Under the pieces are notes generated by a model. The model made no database searches. It was not told the origin of the DNA and saw nothing but the letters and a program-made list of their open reading frames with translations. DNA of 64,000 bases from an uncultured euryarchaeote (GTDB lineage Archaea; Thermoplasmatota; Poseidoniia; Poseidoniales; Poseidoniaceae). The DNA lies in contig CALBIL010000058.1 in the NCBI GenBank assembly GCA_937892945.1, positions 27,961-91,960 on the forward strand, read 5' to 3'. Of this stretch, positions 27,329-35,105 are shown in pieces (within the stretch, counting starts at the first letter, position 1; each line of letters starts with the position of its first letter). Made by a program: the position numbers and the translations under genes.

Positions 27329-30300
27329 ATGACGGGCTCTTCATCGCGCCGTGGGGCATTGCTCCTCAGCCTCTTGATGCTCTTTGGTGGCCCGTTGCAA
27401 ACCATGTTGACCGATGTCACTTCTTCACCCCCAAATTCGGTCTTTTTGGAAGAAGAAGGAACGATTCTTTTCGCAGGTGTTGGGGATGACGCTATCATTC
27501 AGTTACCGGGTTCAGGTTCATTTTCAGATTCATTTACCATCGAAGTTCCAAGTAATGCTCCAGTTACCGATGTTCACCTCTCTATGAAACCATCAGTCGA
27601 TGTCAATCACCAAGGCTTTGTCTGGGATAACGATCTCATTTGGTCTCACAGCAGTGCTTCGAACAACGGCACATTCGGTCAAAACAATGTGTTGACAGGA
27701 AACGGGGCAGGAACACTTTGGGATTTTAACACCAATGCAGCAGGTTGGACTTTTTCGAATACATATGCAAGCCGTGTTACCACTCCAGCTTGCGGTTTGA
27801 ACGGGACCACAGGTGGTTCGATTCGTACCTATGCTGGATCAACCTATGCAACTTCACCGGTGAGCGATTTTTCAGGAATTTCTGCTATGCCTCTTCACGT
27901 ATGGGTTCGTGAAGGCTCCAGTGGCTGTGGCGAGGAACCTGATTCTGCAGAAGATTTGCAAATTCAATACCGCACTGCGAGTAATACCTGGACGACGCTC
28001 CACACCTTTTCTGGGGCCCCAACCAGTTCTGGAACATCCACGCAATACATGACCAATTTGCCTGCTGCAGCCCTTCACACCAATACTCAGGTTCGTTTCC
28101 ACCAAACTTCAGGTTCAGGGACATGTTGTGATTATTGGTTTATTGATGATGTACACTTTGCAACACCTCCTTCGGCAGAATGGACCAGCCCAACCATCGG
28201 TTTCCCTGCAAGTTCATTCCAAGATGTCGAACAAGGGCCATGGGCTCCGCTTCACATCGAAGCGGACATCCCAGCAGGAGCAAACCTCAACTGGACCATT
28301 CTTGATGGTTTGACTGGAACTCCAATTTTAGGGATGCAAGGAAGTGGCACGGGTTGGATTCCACTCAATGCGTTGGACTGGCAAACCGTCACATCAATCC
28401 GTTTGAATCTGTATTTAGAGCCCTCTCCAAATGGTCGAATGCCAAGTATTTATTCAATCAGTGGCGATGGCAATTACGCTTTATCATTGAGTAGCGACCC
28501 ACTGCTCAACGGCTGGACTGCAAAGGGTATGCCATCCTTCGATGATGTGTCAACTTCATTGTATGGGATGTCCAATGATTCGATTACTTCTCCGTGGTTC
28601 TCTGCTTCCGCAGCACTTGCGGAGATACATGTCGATGCAACAGCAGACTTGGTTCAAACCCAAATACGGACCTCTCCGACAGAGAACTGGACCAATATCA
28701 CCCTCCCTTACTCAATGAGTTTCGTTGGCAATGAAGGTGCGGTAGGGTCGTATCAAATTCAATTTATTGCAGCCTCAAACAACACCACTGACATCTGGGA
28801 AATCTTTGATTTTGAAACAGGTGCTTTCGGTGGAATACAACCAACTGGACCCGCAATTGATTTCGCTCGAGATGGTGTTTTCGAATGGGGCGGAAGCGAT
28901 GTGCGCGTCGGCTCTTGGGGCTGGCAAGATCGTTTTGAAAACGGACAAACTTCGATTGCTGCCAATCCTGGCATTAGTGGAAGTTCGACAGTGAAGGCTT
29001 GGATACCGGCAACGAGCCTCAGCAGTTTTTGTTTCAGTGCGTTATCATCAAATGGATATTTGACTTCGATAGCACTCGTTCATAGCGGCCAAACTGTTGC
29101 GAATTGGACGCTTGATGGCGGTTCAAATTATTTCGTTCTCGACCAAACTCAACTCACTGACTTGAATGCTGCAATTACTGGAGCAAATTCATTGGTGAGT
29201 GCGCTTGGAACCTATTTCACTGAATTAGAGTTTGAAGTCGTTGGCTCTGGTAATGTGACCTTAGCAGGTCTTGGCATACCTTATGAGGCATCGAACAGCG
29301 TAACTGCACTTGTTGATTCATCTTTCGTAATGGCGATGAATGGAGCTCGTTACGGTTTGTCAGCAGCCGGAGGAATACACAACATCCCCCTACAACTCAC
29401 TTCTGAAACAGCGGGTGGATTACACCTTTCGATCGAGGGATTGAATACTTCCTCCAGTGTTCAATTGGTCAATGCCAACATGCATACCGATGCTACAACT
29501 TTGTCACCAAGTCAACGTTGGCAAACGATGGAAACGACCTTCAATGTATTTTCTTCTTCGGCCGCCTCTGCACGTCTTGATGTGATTGGAGGCGAACATT
29601 CTGCAACATGGTTGCTTCCTCTCAACGGTGGCTCTCCAATTGGCACCGGTGATTCAGCACTTGTCGAATTGCACCCTACGGCTGCTGTGACCAGCGTTGT
29701 AAGTGGTACTTCAGTTACCATGAATGTCACTTTCAGAATTGAACCTTCTTGGGATGATTCTGATACCATTCAGGTCTCCTCGAGGTTAATGCTTTCGAAT
29801 GGAGTGTTCTCAATCCCAGCCTTACATACTTGGGGTGGAATGGGCTCTCAAGGTTTCGAAAATGATTTGGAAATCAAACAAGTCACCTTCACAAATTCAT
29901 TCAACACTGAACTTGAACCAACCGACTACTATCTCAAAGCAGGCTCGACCATACAAATCGGAGTTCAAATTGGCTTTGAAGGTATGAATACAATTGATGC
30001 ATTTGCTGATGGTGATGCGATGGTTGAATTTTATCGTGGAGAGGTTCTTGTCGCAAATACGACCACACTCGATGGTAACATGTGGAATCTCACCGACACT
30101 CTTCCTTTTACCTTCGGAGCCGTCGTTTGGCACTTTGAAGTGAAGCCAATCAACGGTTCAGGTACGACATCTGCGTCGGTGTTCTCGCGTACTTTCCATA
30201 TCGACTCGATTACACCACAAGTTCTTGAAACAAACATGGAACGTTATGACCATCGTATTCCTTCAACCACTCAAACGATTCAAATTCAAATCTCAGATCA

Positions 30301-32458
30301 GCCAATTTTACCTCAAAATATCCACGCCATGGTCTGGAGGGAATGGATCGATGATGACAATCTTGACAACTGGCCAAATGAAAACGAGTACCATCCTCTT
30401 AGTTTGTATATTCCAAATAACCTTTCTTCACTCATTGGTCAATACACCTTGATGATGGATGATACCGGTGGAAGTATTGGGCAGAAAGTTTCAGTCTATC
30501 TCACAGGTTCTGATGATGCCGGCCATCCATTAGAGAACGGTGGTTCAAACAGTTCAGATGAACAATTGTTCATGTATCAATTAGCAACTGACGGTGCTCC
30601 TTCCGTTGCTGCAAATGCCTTTTCTTTTGAAGGCGGCAAGAAACCTTGGTTACATCCGGGGACCTCCTATGCGTTCGAAGTCGACATCTCAGAACCGAAC
30701 GGTGGTTCTGACTTCTCGACAGTTGTCATGGAATTGGCATCGAACCAGGGCAGTGACCCACTCCCGATTCTATGGGATTTCACGACTGGAAATTGCACCA
30801 CGACCAGTCCTCATGTACTGATTGAGGAATGCGAAATGCGTGGAGCAAATGGTCCTGCTGACCCCTACGAACGAGACATGACGCTTCATGTTGAAGTGGA
30901 ATTGGCATGGACGACTCCAGATTTGGGTGAAACTCGAAGAGAACCCGGTATTCGAGTCATCGATCGAGGAGGCCAAGAAGTCTTCCAAGCCTTCCCTGAA
31001 CACCGTTGGCGCTTCTCTGCAGCAATGGAAATTCCTGAGGACAGTGTTGCCTTGATTCTCTCACAAGGGACTTTACTTGACGACGGGGCACGATTAGCAC
31101 CGAACAGTCCATTGGAAGTCTCCGGAAGCGTCGTCTTTGCTGAAACAGGGCTTGCCCCTCAATTCGATTGTCAAATTGAAGTGTTATTCGCAGGTACAAC
31201 GACTTCTACCAGTTCGCTTGAAGGGATTTGGTCTCTTGCTTTACAAGCACCATCTTCAACCATGACCATTCCGATGACGTGGAGTGTTGGATGCCTCCAA
31301 GGCCAAGGTATTGATGCAACTGACCAAGAAACATCCGTCCGATGGATCATTGTTGATGGGACTGGTCCTGAACCTGTTGAAGTTTCGAATCCTCGCCCGG
31401 CCTCTGTTCTCGAACCTGAATCACATGAATTTCGTATTCTTCTTTCAGAAGCAGGTGGCCTTGACGTTGATTCATTAGAACTCGTCTGGTGGGTTGAAGA
31501 AAAGACAACAGGTGACCGTTTACGAAACGGAATTGAACCCCTCACTTTGATTGGTTCCGATATTTCAGGATTACGTTTAGAAGTTGTAGGTTCTATGGAT
31601 TTGAGCGAGATTACAGCTGAAATGTTAGAAAACCGTCTTTCGGTTCATGTTTTGGTCACTGGAAGAGATCTCGCTGATAATGAAGTTCTCGGTTTAGGCG
31701 GCACCCCTGCTGGAACGCCTGTTGGTGTTTGGGATATGGTATGGCTCAAACCAGAATATTCTCTGCAAAGTTCTTCAATCACCTATTCTCGTTTATTGGT
31801 TGAAATCGGTCAAACCTCGATTGTAACTGCCTATGTTGAAAATACAGGTACCCTCAACGGTTCTGTTGAAGTGGTCTTTACTGAAGTTCTTGTTGATGGC
31901 ACCCGTTCAATGCTTCGTCGCATGACGGTTGAAGTTCCTAAAGGCGGCGGAATACCCGTCTCCACCGATTGGAACCCTTCGGGTTCAGGTCTTCAATGGG
32001 TCGAAGTTCAGTTAGAAAGCGGTTCCACTTCGATTGGTCCATCGATTGATGTGCGGCCGCAGCGCGAAGAATCTTTTTCAGAGAAGGTCTTTGGCGGAGT
32101 GAACCCTATTTTAGGTACGTTTGCAGCAGTTCTTTTCCTCTCGATTGTTCTTACCGGTTTGGTTTGGGCGCGACGCATGACTTTGAATCGTGGTTCGAAA
32201 TTGGAATACGATTGGGATGAACACTCTTCTGAATTCGAAGATGAAATGGATGAATACGGAGATGAAGCCGATGCCGAAGAGGAGCCAGACGCATCAGCAT
32301 CTCTTGGCCTGGCATCTGCAGCAGTTGAAACAACTGCAGTTTCAGTTGAAGATACCGATTGGGTAATGGGTTCTGATGGTTACTGGTGGTACCACGACAA
32401 AGTTACCGACGAATGGTGGTACAAGAACACTGAAGGCGAAATCGTCCAACATAACTGA
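27329..32458 (+). CDS. Giant (1709 aa) cell-surface protein with a signal peptide, a MAM-like jelly-roll domain, a long beta-rich ectodomain, one TM anchor and an acidic tail ending in a Trp/Tyr-rich motif.
   Basis: The signal is MTGSSSRRGALLLSLLMLFGGP. The MAM-like segment (aa ~128-278) runs LWDFNTNAAGWTF...GSSGCGEE...LQIQYR...VRFHQTSGSGTCCDYWFIDDVHF. There are many N-x-S/T sequons. The TM segment is ILGTFAAVLFLSIVLTGLVWARR. The tail is EFEDEMDEYGDEADAEEE...DWVMGSDGYWWYHDKVTDEWWYKN. A GGGGAG Shine-Dalgarno site lies 3 nt upstream. Confidence 0.8.
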   Translation: MTGSSSRRGALLLSLLMLFGGPLQTMLTDVTSSPPNSVFLEEEGTILFAGVGDDAIIQLPGSGSFSDSFTIEVPSNAPVTDVHLSMKPSVDVNHQGFVWDNDLIWSHSSASNNGTFGQNNVLTGNGAGTLWDFNTNAAGWTFSNTYASRVTTPACGLNGTTGGSIRTYAGSTYATSPVSDFSGISAMPLHVWVREGSSGCGEEPDSAEDLQIQYRTASNTWTTLHTFSGAPTSSGTSTQYMTNLPAAALHTNTQVRFHQTSGSGTCCDYWFIDDVHFATPPSAEWTSPTIGFPASSFQDVEQGPWAPLHIEADIPAGANLNWTILDGLTGTPILGMQGSGTGWIPLNALDWQTVTSIRLNLYLEPSPNGRMPSIYSISGDGNYALSLSSDPLLNGWTAKGMPSFDDVSTSLYGMSNDSITSPWFSASAALAEIHVDATADLVQTQIRTSPTENWTNITLPYSMSFVGNEGAVGSYQIQFIAASNNTTDIWEIFDFETGAFGGIQPTGPAIDFARDGVFEWGGSDVRVGSWGWQDRFENGQTSIAANPGISGSSTVKAWIPATSLSSFCFSALSSNGYLTSIALVHSGQTVANWTLDGGSNYFVLDQTQLTDLNAAITGANSLVSALGTYFTELEFEVVGSGNVTLAGLGIPYEASNSVTALVDSSFVMAMNGARYGLSAAGGIHNIPLQLTSETAGGLHLSIEGLNTSSSVQLVNANMHTDATTLSPSQRWQTMETTFNVFSSSAASARLDVIGGEHSATWLLPLNGGSPIGTGDSALVELHPTAAVTSVVSGTSVTMNVTFRIEPSWDDSDTIQVSSRLMLSNGVFSIPALHTWGGMGSQGFENDLEIKQVTFTNSFNTELEPTDYYLKAGSTIQIGVQIGFEGMNTIDAFADGDAMVEFYRGEVLVANTTTLDGNMWNLTDTLPFTFGAVVWHFEVKPINGSGTTSASVFSRTFHIDSITPQVLETNMERYDHRIPSTTQTIQIQISDQPILPQNIHAMVWREWIDDDNLDNWPNENEYHPLSLYIPNNLSSLIGQYTLMMDDTGGSIGQKVSVYLTGSDDAGHPLENGGSNSSDEQLFMYQLATDGAPSVAANAFSFEGGKKPWLHPGTSYAFEVDISEPNGGSDFSTVVMELASNQGSDPLPILWDFTTGNCTTTSPHVLIEECEMRGANGPADPYERDMTLHVEVELAWTTPDLGETRREPGIRVIDRGGQEVFQAFPEHRWRFSAAMEIPEDSVALILSQGTLLDDGARLAPNSPLEVSGSVVFAETGLAPQFDCQIEVLFAGTTTSTSSLEGIWSLALQAPSSTMTIPMTWSVGCLQGQGIDATDQETSVRWIIVDGTGPEPVEVSNPRPASVLEPESHEFRILLSEAGGLDVDSLELVWWVEEKTTGDRLRNGIEPLTLIGSDISGLRLEVVGSMDLSEITAEMLENRLSVHVLVTGRDLADNEVLGLGGTPAGTPVGVWDMVWLKPEYSLQSSSITYSRLLVEIGQTSIVTAYVENTGTLNGSVEVVFTEVLVDGTRSMLRRMTVEVPKGGGIPVSTDWNPSGSGLQWVEVQLESGSTSIGPSIDVRPQREESFSEKVFGGVNPILGTFAAVLFLSIVLTGLVWARRMTLNRGSKLEYDWDEHSSEFEDEMDEYGDEADAEEEPDASASLGLASAAVETTAVSVEDTDWVMGSDGYWWYHDKVTDEWWYKNTEGEIVQHN

Positions 32459-32475
32459 CGCTTTGGAGTGATACG

Positions 32476-34239
32476 ATGGGTCGAATGATTGGTCTTTTAC
32501 AAGTCGATCCCACCGTTGGTGATTTGACTGGAAATGCCCAACGCCTTGAGCATCTTTCAAATTTGGCCGCACAACACGGCGCCAGGGTCGGTGTGACTAC
32601 TGAATTGGCAATATCTGGCTATCCGCCTCGTGACCTCCTTCTCCAAGATGAGTTCATTCGCCTTGCACAACAAACAGCCAGTTCCCTCAAGGTTCCAATT
32701 CCTGTTCTTGTTGGTTCTCCTATCGAGGCTCAATCGAGTCGTCAATTACCCGGTAACGGTGTTGTCCGAGCAGGTTCAAATGATATCTTGTCGAGTGACG
32801 GCAATTCTCATGTTGTCGCACGAAAACAACTTCTACCGACCTATGATGTCTTTGATGAGGCTCGCTATTTCCAACCTGATAACCGGTCGGGAATTGCTCG
32901 AACAATTGCTCAACTTGACCTTGGAGTCACCGTTTGTGAAGATGCTTGGCAAGCTGCAGGCTTAACTCCCTCATCGTATTCAGCAGACCCGATTGAACAT
33001 TTAGCAGAATGGGGTCGTCAGGGCGTTCAATTGGACGCAACAGTGAATCTCTCCGCCTCTCCATACCATGCAGATAAACTGAGTTCTCGAATCCATGTGT
33101 GCCGAACAGCAGCACAGGTACTTGGCCATCCATTCTTGTTGGCAAATCAAGTTGGTGGTAACGACGATTTGTTATTTGATGGCAACTCCTTAGTCGCATG
33201 GCCTGATGGCCGTGTGGTGGTCGCTCCAGCATGGCAAGAAGGCGTTCTTGTGGTCGATATTGACGATGCCAGCAATTGCCTTTGGGTCGCCTCCAAATCC
33301 CCTGATGCACTGTGTATTGGCAGTGATCAAATCCGCCACCTTTCCCCCGAAGAGAAAGGCCATGAATACGACAAAGAATTACTCGAAGACCTCACAGACG
33401 CTGTCGTGACTGGCCTTTCAGATTATTGCCGTAAATCCGGAATATCTTCCATTGTGTTAGGACTTTCGGGAGGCATTGATTCAGCAGTTGCCGCATGTGT
33501 GGCTGCTGCAGCGGTTGGGCCTGAAAATGTCCTCGGATTAGCAATGCCGAGTCGGCATTCCTCACAACATTCAATTGACGACGCCCACATTACTGCTGAA
33601 GCACTTGGTATTTCTTTTGACACTCTTGCGATTAATTCATTCCATGCTTCGGTTGAAGACTCAATCGGAGACGTTCTCACAAACGGCCATCCGGTGGCAT
33701 CCGAGAACCTTCAATCGCGTTTGCGGGGACTTCTTGTTATGGCTCACGCCAATGCACAAGGCCGTATGGCGATCGCAACAGGGAATAAATCCGAATTAGC
33801 TCAAGGTTATTGCACACTGTATGGAGACATGGCCGGTGGATATGCACCCCTTGGCGACCTTTACAAGATGCAAGTCTATGGAATTGCAGATGTGTTCAAC
33901 TCACGTGCTGAGCACAACGGTCGTGTTGCACCAGTGAATCAATCCACTCGAACCAAACCACCTTCTGCAGAACTTGCCCCGGATCAAAAAGACGAAGATT
34001 CACTCCCTCCATACGATGTCCTTGATGAGATTCTCCGTTCACACATCGAAGAAGGATTGGATGCCCAAGCCATCGCTGACAAAGGCTTTGATAGAGTGAC
34101 TGTGGTAGAAGTCCTCACACGTTTAGAACAAAGTGAACACAAGCGTTGGCAGATGTCGCCAGCACCTCGTGTCTCTTCTCGAGCCTTCGGCCAAGGATGG
34201 CGCCGCCCTCTTGCTTCACGCCATGACTGGCGTCATTGA
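32476..34239 (+). CDS. nadE: Glutamine-dependent NAD+ synthetase (CN-hydrolase glutaminase domain plus NAD synthetase domain).
   Basis: The N-terminal nitrilase-like domain shows TELAISGYPPRDL and GVTVCEDAW. The PP-loop is VLGLSGGIDSAVAA. Also present are NKSELAQGYCTLYGDMAGG and KPPSAEL. Confidence 0.9.
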   Translation: MGRMIGLLQVDPTVGDLTGNAQRLEHLSNLAAQHGARVGVTTELAISGYPPRDLLLQDEFIRLAQQTASSLKVPIPVLVGSPIEAQSSRQLPGNGVVRAGSNDILSSDGNSHVVARKQLLPTYDVFDEARYFQPDNRSGIARTIAQLDLGVTVCEDAWQAAGLTPSSYSADPIEHLAEWGRQGVQLDATVNLSASPYHADKLSSRIHVCRTAAQVLGHPFLLANQVGGNDDLLFDGNSLVAWPDGRVVVAPAWQEGVLVVDIDDASNCLWVASKSPDALCIGSDQIRHLSPEEKGHEYDKELLEDLTDAVVTGLSDYCRKSGISSIVLGLSGGIDSAVAACVAAAAVGPENVLGLAMPSRHSSQHSIDDAHITAEALGISFDTLAINSFHASVEDSIGDVLTNGHPVASENLQSRLRGLLVMAHANAQGRMAIATGNKSELAQGYCTLYGDMAGGYAPLGDLYKMQVYGIADVFNSRAEHNGRVAPVNQSTRTKPPSAELAPDQKDEDSLPPYDVLDEILRSHIEEGLDAQAIADKGFDRVTVVEVLTRLEQSEHKRWQMSPAPRVSSRAFGQGWRRPLASRHDWRH

Positions 34240-35105
34240 TGCTTGGAATGAATCAAAAAGGCCTTCTCAATGCGGAGGGTATGGAGGGAATGGTTGCTAA
34301 TGTTGCCGGGTACCGTTTTGTGGACCTCCCTGACCGTGATGCTTTGCGTGAACCGTTCCGTGCTATCTGTAAAAAAAATGGTCTGAAGGGAACCATTTTG
34401 CTTTCATTTGAAGGGATTAATTTCTTTTTGGCAGGTCCGCAATCTTCAGTTGACCGCTACCTCGAGTTTTTGGAAGAAGATTCACGTTTTTCTCAAATGC
34501 GCCTCAAGTATTCCTATACTGAATATCAACCCTTTAATCGGATGAATGTTCGTCTCAAAAAGGAAATCATTTCATTAGGTCTTGACCATGTCAAGCCTGC
34601 AGAACGCACCGGTGAAGAGATCACGCCAACAGAATTCAAGCAGTGGTTGGATGAAGGTCGGGAAGTTGCCATCATCGATACCCGTAACGATTATGAAATT
34701 CGATTGGGTACTTTTGACAATGCTTTGAATTTGAATCTCAAATCGTTTCGTGCTTTTCCGAAAGCTGTCGAATCTCTTCCTGACTCAATGAAAGATATTC
34801 CTGTCGTGATGTTTTGCACCGGTGGAATTCGATGTGAGAAAGCCAGTGTCGTCATGATGGATGCCGGATTTTCAAACGTCAAACAACTCAAAGGTGGGAT
34901 CCTCGGTTATTTCGAAGAAGTAGGCGGAGACCATTGGGAGGGTGATTGCTTTGTATTCGACCATCGCGTTGCCCTCAGTTCAGATCTTGAACAGACCGAA
35001 GTGGTGCAATGCTTTGCTTGCCGCCAGCCCGTGACCGTTGAAGAGCAACAGTCAACAGAGTATGTCATCGAAGTCTCTTGTCCTCATTGTATCCATTTGC
35101 GATAA
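34239..35105 (+). CDS. trhO: Rhodanese-domain protein of the UPF0176/TrhO family (tRNA uridine-34 hydroxylase).
   Basis: The N-terminal part has VAGYRFVDL...GTILLSFEGINFFLAG. The rhodanese active-site loop is MFCTGGIRCEKAS. The C-terminal Cys motifs are CFACRQP...CPHC. ATG 34239 shares its A with the nadE stop (TGATG). Confidence 0.85.
   Translation: MLGMNQKGLLNAEGMEGMVANVAGYRFVDLPDRDALREPFRAICKKNGLKGTILLSFEGINFFLAGPQSSVDRYLEFLEEDSRFSQMRLKYSYTEYQPFNRMNVRLKKEIISLGLDHVKPAERTGEEITPTEFKQWLDEGREVAIIDTRNDYEIRLGTFDNALNLNLKSFRAFPKAVESLPDSMKDIPVVMFCTGGIRCEKASVVMMDAGFSNVKQLKGGILGYFEEVGGDHWEGDCFVFDHRVALSSDLEQTEVVQCFACRQPVTVEEQQSTEYVIEVSCPHCIHLR

Noticed and set aside
32351-32458. Calling the C-terminal DWVMGSDGYWWYHDKVTDEWWYKN motif a bona fide WW domain.
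   Set aside because: The spacing to the second Trp is shorter than in canonical WW domains and the terminal Pro is missing. I report it only as a WW-like aromatic motif pending profile and structure tests.
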